Shown here in pieces: positions 10,286 to 22,948 of a DNA stretch of 64,000 nt; position 1 is the stretch's first letter; each line of letters starts with the position of its first letter. The stretch spans positions 1 to 64,000 of the forward strand of contig JBJKQR010000008.1 of NCBI GenBank assembly GCA_046735395.1, read 5' to 3'. The notes beneath the pieces were generated by a model. It was not told where the DNA came from. It did no database searches and saw nothing but the letters and a program-made list of their open reading frames with translations. The position numbers and the translations under genes are program-made. The DNA is from Fidelibacterota bacterium. GTDB taxonomy: Bacteria; Fidelibacterota; Fidelibacteria; Fidelibacterales; DSDE01.

Positions 10286-10561
10286 ATGGAACCGATACAT
10301 AATGAGGTTTTCAAAATTGTTGAAAATATTGTCGGTAAAGCGGCGATAAAGGAGTACGAGGCTTACAGTATCTGGCCTCAGATTGCCGGTGAAAAAATCG
10401 CATCGGTCTGCAGCGCGGAAACCATCGCATCGGGAATACTTTACGTGAAGGTGAAGAATTCCGTCTGGCGCCAGGAACTGTCGCTGCTGAAGCCGGAGAT
10501 CCTGGAAAAATTCCGTCTCCATTTTGGCGAGAACGTGGTAAGAGACGTAAAATTCAGATAG
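10286..10561 (+). CDS. dciA: DUF721/DciA family replicative helicase loader
   Basis: W..I.G..IA, L.V.V.NSVWRQEL pattern; recF-DUF721-gyrB synteny. Confidence 0.85.
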   Translation: MEPIHNEVFKIVENIVGKAAIKEYEAYSIWPQIAGEKIASVCSAETIASGILYVKVKNSVWRQELSLLKPEILEKFRLHFGENVVRDVKFR

Positions 10562-12508
<1,947 letters not shown>

Positions 12509-12535
12509 TAAAGAAGCAAATACAGGAATACGACA

Positions 12536-15013
12536 TTGGCACAAGAACGAATACTACAGATCAATATTGAAGACGAAATGCGGGAAAGTTATCTGGACTA
12601 TTCCATGTCCGTTATTGTTGCCCGCGCGCTTCCGGATGTTCGCGACGGGCTGAAACCCGTCCATCGCCGCATCCTTTACGGAATGCATGAACTGGGTGTT
12701 TCGTATAACAAGCCCTATAAAAAAAGCGCCAGAATCGTCGGTGAAGTTCTGGGTAAGTACCATCCTCATGGTGATTCGGCCGTATATGATTCCATGGTGC
12801 GGATGGCACAGACATTTTCCCTGAGATATCCGCTGGTGGACGGACAGGGAAACTTCGGAAGCATAGACGGAGACGGCGCTGCCGCCATGCGTTATACGGA
12901 AGCCCGCATGAAGCAGATGGCCGAATTCATGCTGCAGGATATTGAAAAGGAAACGGTGGACTTCCGGCCGAATTTTGACGATTCTCTGGAAGAGCCCTCT
13001 GTCCTGCCCACGCGCATTCCCAATCTTCTGGTAAACGGAACCTCCGGTATCGCCGTGGGTATGGCGACCAATATTCCGCCGCATAACCTGCGCGAGATAC
13101 TGAACTCCATGGTCTACATGATCGATAATCCGGATTGTGACGTGGATGACCTGCTTGATTTTGTAAAGGGTCCCGACTTTCCCACCGGCGGGCAGATTTT
13201 CGGTGTCACCGGTTTTCGTCAGGCCTATCGCAGCGGACGCGGCAAGGTGATAATCCGCGCCAAGTGGGATCTGGAGGAACTGAAAAACGGCAAGGAACAG
13301 ATCATCATCACGGAAATGCCTTATCAGGTCAACAAGGCGAATGTCATCGAAAAAATCGCCCAGCTGGTACGGCAGAAGACGGTGGACGGGATAACGGATC
13401 TCCGCGATGAATCGGACAAGGATGGAATCCGCGTCGTGATCGAACTTCGCAAGGACGTGATTCCCCAGGTTGTGATGAATACGCTCTTCAAACACACACA
13501 GCTGCAGAATACATTCGGAATTATCATGCTGGCGCTGGACGGCGGCATTCCCAAGGTGATGAACCTGAAGGAGATGAATCAGCATTTTATCGATTACCGT
13601 CATGAAGTTATCGTGCGCCGGACGGAATTTGAACTGAAGAAGGCGGAGGAACAGGCCCACATCCTGGAAGGCCTGAAGATTGCTCTCGATCATCTGGATG
13701 AAGTGATCTCCACGATTCGTTCCTCAAAGGACGTGGCGGAGGCCCGCGAACAGCTGATGGCAAAATTCTCATTGTCTGAAATTCAAGCCAGAGCGATTCT
13801 GGATATGCGGCTTCAGAAGCTGACCGGCCTGGAACGGGAAAAGGTTATTGCCGAATATGAGGAAAAGCTGAAGCTGATCGAATCTCTGAAATTCATCCTG
13901 GGAAACCGAGACGAACGCTATCGCATCATGAAAGAGGAGTTTGAAGCCGTCGAACAGAAATTCGGCGACGATCGCAGAACCGAAGTACTTACGGATTCCA
14001 GTGATCTGGAGATTGAAGATTTGATAGCCGACGAGGATATGGTCATCACCATTTCTCATAATGGCTATATCAAACGGTCTCCGGTGACGGAATACCGGAG
14101 TCAGAGCCGGGGCGGTGTCGGCAGCCGGGGCGCGGCGACGAAGGATGATGATTTTATCGAAAATCTCTTCATCGCCTCCACGCATGATTATCTGCTTTTC
14201 TTCACCAGTTTCGGAAAACTCTACTGGCTGAAGGTTCACGCCATTCCCGAAGGCGGGAAGACCTCGCGGGGCCGGGCCATTGTCAACCTGCTGCGCTGCG
14301 AAAACGAGGAGAAGGTTCGGGCCTTTCTGAATGTCCGCGAGTTTCCCGATGATAAATACGTAATCATGACCACCCGCAAGGGAATCGTGAAAAAAACCGC
14401 TCTATCCGCCTTTGGCCGGCCTCGTGTGAATGGCATCATTGCCCTGAATATCCGCGAGGATGACGATCTGGTCGGCGTTGCCATGACGAACGGGGAGGAC
14501 GATATCGTTCTCGGCACGCGTGACGGCAAGGCCATCCGTTTCAATGAAAAACAGATTCGCGGCATGGGCCGCACGGCAACGGGTGTTCGCGGCGTGAAAC
14601 TGAATGATGACAATGACGGCGTCGTGGACATGGTTGTGATCACCCGGTCGGATGCAAATCTGCTCACTGTCAGTGAACTGGGAATGGGCAAACGCTCCGG
14701 AATTGATGATTACCGGATTACGAAACGCGGCGGCAAGGGCGTCATTACTCTCAAAACCACAGAAAAAACCGGACGGCTCGTTGCGCTGAAGGAAGTTGTG
14801 GATACGGACGATCTTATGATAATCACGGCATCCGGAACACTCATCCGCATGCCCGTGGACAGCTGCCGGGTCATTTCCAGAAATACACAGGGCGTTCGGC
14901 TGATCAACCTGCGCGACGGAGACACCATCTCTTCCGTTACATCGCTGGTTGCCGGAGATGACGAGAATGAGACAGACGAAAGCACTGAAGAGACGGGCAC
15001 CACAGAGGAATAA
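12536..15013 (+). CDS. gyrA: DNA gyrase subunit A
   Basis: [30 protein letters not shown], GyrA-box QSRGGVG, beta-pinwheel repeats. Confidence 0.98.
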   Translation: MAQERILQINIEDEMRESYLDYSMSVIVARALPDVRDGLKPVHRRILYGMHELGVSYNKPYKKSARIVGEVLGKYHPHGDSAVYDSMVRMAQTFSLRYPLVDGQGNFGSIDGDGAAAMRYTEARMKQMAEFMLQDIEKETVDFRPNFDDSLEEPSVLPTRIPNLLVNGTSGIAVGMATNIPPHNLREILNSMVYMIDNPDCDVDDLLDFVKGPDFPTGGQIFGVTGFRQAYRSGRGKVIIRAKWDLEELKNGKEQIIITEMPYQVNKANVIEKIAQLVRQKTVDGITDLRDESDKDGIRVVIELRKDVIPQVVMNTLFKHTQLQNTFGIIMLALDGGIPKVMNLKEMNQHFIDYRHEVIVRRTEFELKKAEEQAHILEGLKIALDHLDEVISTIRSSKDVAEAREQLMAKFSLSEIQARAILDMRLQKLTGLEREKVIAEYEEKLKLIESLKFILGNRDERYRIMKEEFEAVEQKFGDDRRTEVLTDSSDLEIEDLIADEDMVITISHNGYIKRSPVTEYRSQSRGGVGSRGAATKDDDFIENLFIASTHDYLLFFTSFGKLYWLKVHAIPEGGKTSRGRAIVNLLRCENEEKVRAFLNVREFPDDKYVIMTTRKGIVKKTALSAFGRPRVNGIIALNIREDDDLVGVAMTNGEDDIVLGTRDGKAIRFNEKQIRGMGRTATGVRGVKLNDDNDGVVDMVVITRSDANLLTVSELGMGKRSGIDDYRITKRGGKGVITLKTTEKTGRLVALKEVVDTDDLMIITASGTLIRMPVDSCRVISRNTQGVRLINLRDGDTISSVTSLVAGDDENETDESTEETGTTEE

Positions 15014-15681
15014 TGTCAGCGATTGCTGAAAATATTTTCCGGCTTCGGGAAGACCTGGATCGACTGCGGCCGGAGGGGGCTCCGCTTCGGCTGATTGCCG
15101 TCAGCAAGACCCGACGGGTCGAAGAAATGAAACAGGCTGTTGCGGCCGGAATCCGTGATCTGGGTGAAAACCGAATCCAGGACGCCGAGGAGAAATTTTC
15201 GCAAGCATCCTTTGACGGCGTGGAACGGCATTTCATCGGCAGCATTCAGAGCAACAAAATTCGAAAAATGCTGGGGATTTTTCACTGGTTTCACGGATTG
15301 TCCTCCTACCCGGCGGCACGTTTGATCAATGATGAGAAATCGGATATCCGCTGCCTGATTCAGGTGAATATATCCGGAGAAGCAACGAAACACGGCCTGT
15401 CACCGGAGGAGGTCCCGGCCTTTGTGGAATCTCTGGCTTCGTTTGAGTCGCTGAGGATCTGCGGCCTCATGACCATCGGTCCGCATACGACAGACCGGCT
15501 TGCGATCCGTCAGGCCTTTCATGACCTGGCGCGTCTCCGCAAACAGCTGGAATCCTTTGCAGGCGGACACATACAATTCAATGAACTTTCAATGGGCATG
15601 AGCGGTGATTACGCGCTGGCCATTCAGGAGGGTGCGACCATGGTGCGCATCGGAACTGCAATTTTCGGAGCACGGGCATGA
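15013..15681 (+). CDS. yggS: PLP homeostasis protein YggS/PROSC
   Basis: [41 protein letters not shown]. Confidence 0.95.
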   Translation: MSAIAENIFRLREDLDRLRPEGAPLRLIAVSKTRRVEEMKQAVAAGIRDLGENRIQDAEEKFSQASFDGVERHFIGSIQSNKIRKMLGIFHWFHGLSSYPAARLINDEKSDIRCLIQVNISGEATKHGLSPEEVPAFVESLASFESLRICGLMTIGPHTTDRLAIRQAFHDLARLRKQLESFAGGHIQFNELSMGMSGDYALAIQEGATMVRIGTAIFGARA

Positions 15682-16163
15682 AGGAAAAAACCCTGTGGAT
15701 TCACTTCGGCAAGCTAAACGAATCGCTGCTCGGCGGCCGGAACGCTGATCTGATACAGCGTGAGGAGATTCTGAGTTCGGAAGAATTTTCACGACTGAAA
15801 GAAAAATACAACAAGGTTCTTCTTTCGGAAACATCGGACCGGATAACGAATACGATTCGTGTCGGCGACCATGTAAATCTCAGCGGGCGGAATCCTCTGA
15901 TCGGCCCCAATGATGAGTCGCTCGGCCCCCGTTTTCCGGATATGAGCCATGCATATGCGACGGAATCACCCTTTGATGCCGTTCTGAATCCGGCGACTGA
16001 TCCGGCCATCGTGTTCGGTGGCAGCGGTGACGAGCCGGTGGTTACGCGTCTCGTTCTGCAGACCATCGTCGTCCATCATCAGGGAATACGGCCAGCCGGC
16101 TACGTTTTCGCCGCGGACGTGGATATTAACAACCTATTTTCTCAGATAAACAGGGAGGAATAA
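15678..16163 (+). CDS. Truncated/degenerate purine nucleoside phosphorylase-like protein
   Basis: Retains [30 protein letters not shown] of trimeric PNP but only 161 aa, without GSG, GPxYET or GMST motifs. Confidence 0.6.
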   Translation: MKEKTLWIHFGKLNESLLGGRNADLIQREEILSSEEFSRLKEKYNKVLLSETSDRITNTIRVGDHVNLSGRNPLIGPNDESLGPRFPDMSHAYATESPFDAVLNPATDPAIVFGGSGDEPVVTRLVLQTIVVHHQGIRPAGYVFAADVDINNLFSQINREE

Positions 16164-16621
16164 TGCATAGAAATTCAATGAATAAAGTTATACTTGTGGG
16201 CCGGGTGGGCAATGATCCGGAAAAACGGGCGACACAGAGCGGCCGGAGCATTTCCAATGTGTCCCTGGCGACCAACGAAGTGTTTCGGGATCAGAGCGGC
16301 CAGAATACGGAACAGACCGAATGGCACCGCTGTGTGGCGTTCGGAAAAACGGCAGATTTTATAAACAGCTATGTCCAGAAAGGACGCCTCCTCTATGTGG
16401 AGGGCCGGCTCAGAACGCGAAAATGGACAGATAACAACAATGCCACACATTATTCCACAGAGGTTATGATCGACAGCGCCATGCTGCTGGACCGCCAGCA
16501 GAACAGCGGCGACTCCAGTATTGATTATTCACAGAGTCAGATGCCTTCCGGCGGCGGCGGAAATTATTCCGCTCCGGACAGCTTCGGCAGCGACGCCGGA
16601 GACGAAGACCTTCCGTTCTGA
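16163..16621 (+). CDS. ssb: Single-stranded DNA-binding protein
   Basis: MNKVILVGRVGNDPE, TEWHR, VEGRLRTRKW, acidic tail DEDLPF. Confidence 0.97.
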   Translation: MHRNSMNKVILVGRVGNDPEKRATQSGRSISNVSLATNEVFRDQSGQNTEQTEWHRCVAFGKTADFINSYVQKGRLLYVEGRLRTRKWTDNNNATHYSTEVMIDSAMLLDRQQNSGDSSIDYSQSQMPSGGGGNYSAPDSFGSDAGDEDLPF

Positions 16622-16634
16622 CGGGATTGCCGCC

Positions 16635-17102
16635 ATGCCGGGAATTGACGTCAGGGTAATTGACTGCTGGGTATTTCGCCGTGATGCGTCCGATCTGAGC
16701 TTTCTGATCATGCGGCGCAGTGAAGGACGGAAGTACGGCGGGATTCATCATTGCGTTCACGGAAAAATCCGGCCGGGAGAAAAAGCCTGGGAGACGGCCC
16801 TGCGGGAGCTCCGGGAAGAAACGGGACTTACACCGCTCCGGATGTGGACCGCCGATGGAATGAGCTCCTTCTATGAAGCGGAAAGTGATACGGTTAATCT
16901 TGTTCCGGTCTTTGCCGTGGAGGTTGATACTCTTGCGGAACCGATCCTGAGCGACGAACACAGTTCGTATAACTGGCTGAGCGCATCCGAAGCGGAGACG
17001 CAGCTGGCCTGGGAAAATCATCGCGAAGCGATCCGCCGGATCCGCCGTCTGGACGGCAATGAAAAAAACGATAAAAAATGGCTGGAGATACAGTTTGAGT
17101 GA
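16635..17102 (+). CDS. NUDIX hydrolase (NudB-like)
   Basis: Nudix box GKIRPGEKAWETALRELREETGL, LSDEH; start moved to the ATG after the ssb stop. Confidence 0.9.
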   Translation: MPGIDVRVIDCWVFRRDASDLSFLIMRRSEGRKYGGIHHCVHGKIRPGEKAWETALRELREETGLTPLRMWTADGMSSFYEAESDTVNLVPVFAVEVDTLAEPILSDEHSSYNWLSASEAETQLAWENHREAIRRIRRLDGNEKNDKKWLEIQFE

Positions 17103-17796
17103 ATTTGATTCCAATTACGTACCGGAAGATATTGAAAAGGGTGAAGAAGCCATTGTTTGTCCCATCTGCGGGACATCGGTTATAAATAATCCTGCGGATC
17201 TGCTGTTTCAGGTAGACCATTTTGATTCGGACTTCCGCGTCTGCACTCTCGAGGATGATGTTCTGGACGACTGGCTGCTCATGTGTCCGTCCTGTTATTA
17301 TATTGACCACGATTTCAAGCAGCCGCCTCTGAGAGAAAATGAAATACGAGCATATGTAGAATCCGAGGAGTATCTGCGGCTATTCTCCGACAATACGCCG
17401 ACGACGCTGGAAAAATTCAGCATCTATCTGATACTGCTCACGCTGCAGGGCCGCGACGCCTATGCCCGGGCGGACTGTCATCATCGTCTGGCCTGGCTTT
17501 ATGAAGACGAGGATTCGGCCGAAAAAGCAGATCTTCATCGGAACAAGGCCATTGAATTTTTTGGAAAGAGTTTTCTGGAACGATTCTTTGATGTGCGGCA
17601 GACGGGGCTGATTTACTATAAAATGGCGGATCTCTACCGGCGCATGGGGGGTTTTGACAGCGCCGGCCAGATGTTGTACAACATGGACATGAAGGAAAAA
17701 ACATTAAAGCATTTATTCGATTTTCAAAGTAAATTACTGGCAGAAAAAAACAGCGGGCGCGTCGCCCTGCCTGGAGAAAATGGCAGTGAACTATGA
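17095..17796 (+). CDS. DUF2225-like zinc-binding/TPR protein
   Basis: CPIC...DSDF...CPSCYY, RLAWLY and TPR-like helices; TTG start after GGAG inferred. Confidence 0.7.
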   Translation: MSEFDSNYVPEDIEKGEEAIVCPICGTSVINNPADLLFQVDHFDSDFRVCTLEDDVLDDWLLMCPSCYYIDHDFKQPPLRENEIRAYVESEEYLRLFSDNTPTTLEKFSIYLILLTLQGRDAYARADCHHRLAWLYEDEDSAEKADLHRNKAIEFFGKSFLERFFDVRQTGLIYYKMADLYRRMGGFDSAGQMLYNMDMKEKTLKHLFDFQSKLLAEKNSGRVALPGENGSEL

Positions 17797-18643
17797 AAAC
17801 CCGGCTTTTGAAGCGCTACTGATGGACCAGGAGGCAGGCGCCTCTTCTCTGCTCTACCGCTTCATCCAGATACTTACGGACGGATTCGAGGATCCTGCGC
17901 TTCGGGGAGAAATGAACGAAATGGAGTTTTTCGAATTTCTCTACGACCGGGTTCTGGACGCTCACCCGCTGATGGCCATTTTCCCGAATTTATCGCGATA
18001 TCTTGCGGAGAAGCAGCGCAGTGACAGCCAGAAAGCACTGCACCGCCATCTCAATGAATTCAAGAACGACCTGAATAAAAATATTCAGGAAACGATACAG
18101 AAATGTGCCGAAGTGTTTTCCGGCTCGAAACGAATTTTCACATTTTCCCACTCATCTATTGTCCGCAAGGCCCTGCTTGAAATGAAAAAGCAGAAGCAGG
18201 ATTTTACGGTTAACATTACCGAATCCCGGCCGGTGCGGGAAGGGGTCGGACTGGCCAAGGTATTATCCCGGTCCGGAATCAAAATCAATCTGTTTGCCGA
18301 TGCGGCCATGGAGCGCGCCCTTGAGATGAGCGATCTGGTGCTGGTGGGTACAGACTGGTACTGGGATGGCGGATTTGTAAACAAGATCGGCACGCACGCC
18401 GTACTGCGCATCTCCCGGGAAAAGGAAATCCCCTTCGCCATCCTGAGCGATTCGAGCAAGGAGATGGACCGCGGCCCCGAGGACTGGAGCCGGGATGCGC
18501 ATGCCTCCTCCCTGCTGTTTTCGGAAAATGATCGGAACATTCAGGTATTCAACCCCTATTTTGAAGCAATGAATTACCATGGCGTCAGCCACTGCATCAT
18601 CGACGGGACGTTGCGGGCGGTGCCTCCCGGAGCCCCAAGCTGA
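17780..18643 (+). CDS. eIF-2B alpha/beta/delta family (MtnA / R15P-isomerase-like) protein
   Basis: GAS N-terminus, HPLMA, TFSHSS, ESRPVREG, LVGTD...NKIGT, NPYFE. Confidence 0.85.
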   Translation: MAVNYENPAFEALLMDQEAGASSLLYRFIQILTDGFEDPALRGEMNEMEFFEFLYDRVLDAHPLMAIFPNLSRYLAEKQRSDSQKALHRHLNEFKNDLNKNIQETIQKCAEVFSGSKRIFTFSHSSIVRKALLEMKKQKQDFTVNITESRPVREGVGLAKVLSRSGIKINLFADAAMERALEMSDLVLVGTDWYWDGGFVNKIGTHAVLRISREKEIPFAILSDSSKEMDRGPEDWSRDAHASSLLFSENDRNIQVFNPYFEAMNYHGVSHCIIDGTLRAVPPGAPS

Positions 18644-18715
18644 AGCCGACCTTGCACCCCGACGGAAACAGAGAAGCAATGAAAAGAAAGACAAGCGGAA
18701 ACGTGGACGACGACC

Positions 18716-19540
18716 CTGGAAGTAAGACAAATCAAAACGTTAAATTTAAAATCGACATTTATTGTAATTTTTTCAGGCTGGATTCTCACCAGTCTCCTTT
18801 CCGTCCTGATCTTTTCTGATCCCTCTCACTATCCCCTGCTTTATAATGCAGGTTTTTTTCTACTTGAAATAACCTTTATCCTTCCGGCCCTCTGGCTGGT
18901 CCGGCGTCGTCGGCTTTCCATCGTGGAAGTTTTTAGCCTGCGGCCTCTTTCACCGAAGGCGCTTCTGCCCTTTATCATTGCTGCGCCCGGGATCGCGGTT
19001 CTATTTGACACCTTGGACCGGATTGTTTTTACGGCCTTCCCGCCGCCCGCAGAATATTGGGATCTCATGAAAATCTATGAATGGCACGGCGGCTTTTCCG
19101 CCCTGTGCATTCTGGCGGGTATGGTGCTGGTCGGTCCGCTCAGTGAAGAAATGCTGTTCCGGGGACTACTTCAGGAAAGCCTGAGAACCCGCTTCGGCAG
19201 ACTTCGTCCGGCCATTGCCTATACGGCATTCTTCTTCGCGCTCATCCATGCGCTCCCGTGGGTGTTTTTTCAGATTTTTGCCTTTGCTCTGATTCTTTCG
19301 GGGCTTACGGCTGTTTATCAGTCTGTTCTGCCGGCCGTGCTTCTGCATGCCGGCAACAATCTGGTCCAGCTCATTCTGGGGAATCTGGCTCCGGATCAGC
19401 TGGGCTGGTATGAACAGAACGGATATGTACGGATTTGGGTCATTATTATTGCGGGCGGCCTGCTGTATCCGGCCATCTCCGCGTTAACCACCACATTCGG
19501 CAAAGCGGCTCCGGCACTCCCCGGAAACGCGGATCAATAA
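18716..19540 (+). CDS. CPBP (CAAX/Abi) family intramembrane metalloprotease; start uncertain
   Basis: EEMLFRG, FALIH, LLHAGNN; frame open from 18683 with hydrophobic helices upstream of the first GTG (18923). Confidence 0.85.
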   Translation: MEVRQIKTLNLKSTFIVIFSGWILTSLLSVLIFSDPSHYPLLYNAGFFLLEITFILPALWLVRRRRLSIVEVFSLRPLSPKALLPFIIAAPGIAVLFDTLDRIVFTAFPPPAEYWDLMKIYEWHGGFSALCILAGMVLVGPLSEEMLFRGLLQESLRTRFGRLRPAIAYTAFFFALIHALPWVFFQIFAFALILSGLTAVYQSVLPAVLLHAGNNLVQLILGNLAPDQLGWYEQNGYVRIWVIIIAGGLLYPAISALTTTFGKAAPALPGNADQ

Positions 19541-19555
19541 GTACAGGAGGGGTTT

Positions 19556-20920
19556 ATGCGAAACAATGAAGTCATCATCATGGTCGACACCTTGCGAAAG
19601 CTCAATCGGCGCGGCGCCAGAATTAACATTATAAAGATATTGCAGAAATCCCACCCGGCCGACCTGGCGCTCATTTTTCGGTCTTTGACCAAAACCGAGA
19701 GAAGTAATATTTTTCAGCTCGTACCGGAAACCGATACACGGGCGCGGATTATTTCCGAATTGGATGATACTCTCATCATTGAGCTCTTTGAAAACATGGA
19801 AGACAAAGATATTGTGAAAATCCTTCTCGAAATGGATTATGATGATGAACAGAATCTGCTGCGAGCGCTGCCACAGGGATTACAGACACGCCTGCTGGAA
19901 CTCATGAAGGAAGAAGAGTCCCGTGAGCTGGAAGCGCTGATGGAATATCCTGAAAATACGGCCGGGGCTCTCATGACGCCGGAAGTGTTTTATCTGAATG
20001 AGGATTATACGGCGGAAGAGGCAATCCGGCTTATTCGTGAAAATATTGAAACGGAAATGGTTTTCTATCTATATGTAGTGGATGAACGCCGCCATCTCGT
20101 GGGTGTGATCAGCCTGCGTCAGCTCATTGTGGTGGCACCCAAGACGAAGCTGAAACACATTATGACGGAAAAGGTGATCAGCGTTTTTCCGGAAACGGAT
20201 CAGGAAGAGGTCGGCCGCTACATCGCCCGCTATAATTTTCTGGCGCTTCCGGTGGTCGATGAGGAAAATAAGCTGCTGGGAATCGTGACGGTGGACGATA
20301 TCATTGATGTGATCCGCGAGGAGGCCACGGAAGATCTGCTGCAGATGGCGGGTGTGGGAAAGGACCGGGAAATCATTCTGAAGAATTCCACCGAAGCGTC
20401 CAAGATCCGCTTCCCCTGGCTGTTTACCACCTGGCTCGGCGGACTTGTTTCGGCCATGGTCATCGGCCTCTTCAAGGATGTGGTTTCCGCTCACGTCATG
20501 CTGGCCGCGTTTCTTCCCGTCATTGCGGGCATGGCCGGAAATATCGGTACACAGAGCTCGACGATCATTACACGCGGGCTGGCCACCGGCCGCGTGAATC
20601 ATGAACATATCTTTCATGTGATATTCAAGGAAATCCGGGTTGGCCTGATGCTGGGTTTCATTTACGGGATTCTCCTTGGGGTGGTGACCTATTTCGTATA
20701 TGGCGCCAATCTCATGGTGTCTCTCTCCGGGACACTGGCCATCATGATTGCCATGGTCATTGCCACCTTTGTCGGATCCTTTGGCCCGATTATTCTTTCC
20801 CGCTTAAATATTGACCCGGCGATTTCGACGGGCCCTATTGTAACAACAAGCAGCGATATTGCAGGGATTCTTGTCTATCTCACTATCGCGACCCAGTTAT
20901 TTAAACTCTTTACCAGGTAG
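19556..20920 (+). CDS. mgtE: Magnesium transporter MgtE
   Basis: HPAD N-domain, YPENTAGALM, CBS pair, RFPWL, GNIGTQS, DPAISTGP. Confidence 0.96.
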   Translation: MRNNEVIIMVDTLRKLNRRGARINIIKILQKSHPADLALIFRSLTKTERSNIFQLVPETDTRARIISELDDTLIIELFENMEDKDIVKILLEMDYDDEQNLLRALPQGLQTRLLELMKEEESRELEALMEYPENTAGALMTPEVFYLNEDYTAEEAIRLIRENIETEMVFYLYVVDERRHLVGVISLRQLIVVAPKTKLKHIMTEKVISVFPETDQEEVGRYIARYNFLALPVVDEENKLLGIVTVDDIIDVIREEATEDLLQMAGVGKDREIILKNSTEASKIRFPWLFTTWLGGLVSAMVIGLFKDVVSAHVMLAAFLPVIAGMAGNIGTQSSTIITRGLATGRVNHEHIFHVIFKEIRVGLMLGFIYGILLGVVTYFVYGANLMVSLSGTLAIMIAMVIATFVGSFGPIILSRLNIDPAISTGPIVTTSSDIAGILVYLTIATQLFKLFTR

Positions 20921-20926
20921 GATGTT

Positions 20927-22000
20927 TTGCAAACCATTACGCTCATTTCAGTTTATAGTGTTGCTTCATTGTATTTTCTGTGGCTTCTGCTCGTATTTAT
21001 TTTTTCCTTCAAAAAAGGACGGGTCGCCGCAGATCTCGATGTGTCGGAAATGAACCGCCCGCTTTCCCTTGTGGTGCTGGTGGAAAATCCGGAAGATTTT
21101 CTGGAGGCGAATCTCCGGGCCATTCTTACTCAGGTGAATGCGTCGCCGGACAACACGGAAGTCATCGTCATTGACAAGAAGAACAACAGTGAATTTTACA
21201 AGGAGATCGGATATGATTTTCCGGATTTGAAGAAACTGTACTTCCATACACCCCAGCTGAATATTGATATTATTCGTGATATTCTGGAACACAAGGCTGC
21301 CGGCGAGGTGTTTCTGCTGATCAATGCCCGTAATCAGGTAAAGGACGGCTGGTTCCGGATCATGAAGGCGGATGCGATGAAAACGGAGACGATTCTTGCC
21401 GGAACGCAGCTGGTTCGGATAGATGTGAATAATCCCAGATATTTCCGGGCGATAGATCAGATGTTCAAAACAACGGTACAGAGAAGTTTTGCGCGTTATA
21501 AATTCAACGCCTGGCTCCGTTTTGACAATATGCTGATTCCGAGAGCCGCGCTGCTGGGCGGGACGGATCTTCGGCGCGCCCGCAAAAAAGTGCTGGGAGA
21601 TTGCCGGGAATCCGCGACCTTTGAGGAGCTCGGGAAAAAATCGGCCGCGCTGCTGCGTTACAAAATAGAAGAGAATCCCTGGAAAATTCCGGTGATTGAC
21701 CGGTCGCCCGTCAATCTTGCCTTTTATGTGCTCGGCCACCTCATGAATGTCATTCCCATTCTTCTCTTCCTCCTGTATCTGAAGGGTTTCCTGCCCATTC
21801 TGCCTCTTATCATTTTAATGTTTGCAAAATTTATCGGGGAAGGCCTGGTGATCAGCCGCGGCGCCAGAATATTCAGTCAGCAGTCACTGCTGAACGATTT
21901 CTGGTCCTGGTTCTTTCTCAATCCTCCTCTCAGTTTGCTGGGCATCGTCTTGTCCACCTTTGTTCCGCTGCGCTTTTTCAATCCTAAAAAACTGTCCTGA
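20927..22000 (+). CDS. Membrane protein with degenerate GT2 glycosyltransferase-like domain
   Basis: N-terminal TM, LSLVV...EVIVID GT-A-like strands, DxD apparently replaced (LLINARN), three C-terminal TMs. Confidence 0.55.
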   Translation: MQTITLISVYSVASLYFLWLLLVFIFSFKKGRVAADLDVSEMNRPLSLVVLVENPEDFLEANLRAILTQVNASPDNTEVIVIDKKNNSEFYKEIGYDFPDLKKLYFHTPQLNIDIIRDILEHKAAGEVFLLINARNQVKDGWFRIMKADAMKTETILAGTQLVRIDVNNPRYFRAIDQMFKTTVQRSFARYKFNAWLRFDNMLIPRAALLGGTDLRRARKKVLGDCRESATFEELGKKSAALLRYKIEENPWKIPVIDRSPVNLAFYVLGHLMNVIPILLFLLYLKGFLPILPLIILMFAKFIGEGLVISRGARIFSQQSLLNDFWSWFFLNPPLSLLGIVLSTFVPLRFFNPKKLS

Positions 22001-22677
22001 TGACCAGATTTTTTACGGTCTTTTTTTTCCTTGGTGCACTTCTGGCGGCGGAGACGGATCAATTCCGCCTCTATGCCTGGGGGCTGCCGGTGGCCACCGT
22101 GAATCTGACGACCCGCGAGGATTCGCTGACTCCATCCTGTGTGGATATTCAATATCGGGTCCGTACTTCCGGTATAATCCGGGCGCTGTATCCGGTTGAC
22201 AATCAGTATGACTTTACCGTGGATTCGGGAAGCGGCGCCGTGCTGGTGTATCGGAAGGATATCCGCCAGTTCAATCTGTCCCAGCGCTACAGTGAAACCT
22301 GGAATAAGGGTATGATTCATTATAATACGGGCGACAGCATTGCGTGTCCGGACGCGGTGACACACCCCCTGGTGCTTATTCTGCGCAACCTGGTTCCGGC
22401 CTGTCCCCGGGTTCATATTGAAGGCGAATTTTACGATGCATCCTTTTTGCCCTGCCCGGCTCTGGAGGATGAGTCCGGAACCGGTACTGCACTGAAACTG
22501 ACGAAGAAATCGGGAGAACAGATTTTGCCGATGACGGATATCTTTACGTGGAAAATTGCCGACCCGGAAGCAGAAAAATGTATTCGTTACGGGACGGACG
22601 GCAGAATCAACCGCGCGTATTTCCGCTTCGGGACGTTTTCCATCGAGGCGCGTCCGGTTCTGGGACCGGACCGATGA
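22000..22677 (+). CDS. Exported DUF3108-like protein
   Basis: Signal peptide; WGLPVA...RTSGIIRALYPVDNQY pattern. Confidence 0.55.
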   Translation: MTRFFTVFFFLGALLAAETDQFRLYAWGLPVATVNLTTREDSLTPSCVDIQYRVRTSGIIRALYPVDNQYDFTVDSGSGAVLVYRKDIRQFNLSQRYSETWNKGMIHYNTGDSIACPDAVTHPLVLILRNLVPACPRVHIEGEFYDASFLPCPALEDESGTGTALKLTKKSGEQILPMTDIFTWKIADPEAEKCIRYGTDGRINRAYFRFGTFSIEARPVLGPDR

Positions 22678-22884
22678 TCCGCCGCACCGCGTACCCGGAT
22701 AGATCCAACCTGGATAAATGCGATGTTTGTTCGCCGGTTATATTTGATAAAGAGAAGTTAATACGCGTTTACGGCTCGGAGTTTTCGGCCGGCCGCATCG
22801 CCGTCTCGGCCGTGAAAAATGATTCCGGGGCAGAATACAGGAACCGCGTCCGCTGCACAATACGGGGTTAAATAAAATTGTTGC

Positions 22885-22913
22885 TTGACATAAATTCATA
22901 TTATATATATATT
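22885..22913 (+). promoter_or_regulatory. Sigma70 promoter of rplU-rpmA
   Basis: TTGACA-17 bp-TATATT. Confidence 0.75.
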
Positions 22914-22948
22914 TGCCAGCTGTAAAAACGGGAAGCGGAGGAAAACGC

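Noticed and set aside
18641..18682. Two in-frame TGA codons between the eIF2B-like and CPBP genes, suggesting read-through or selenocysteine
   Set aside because: TGA is a normal stop elsewhere in the window and the domains are unrelated
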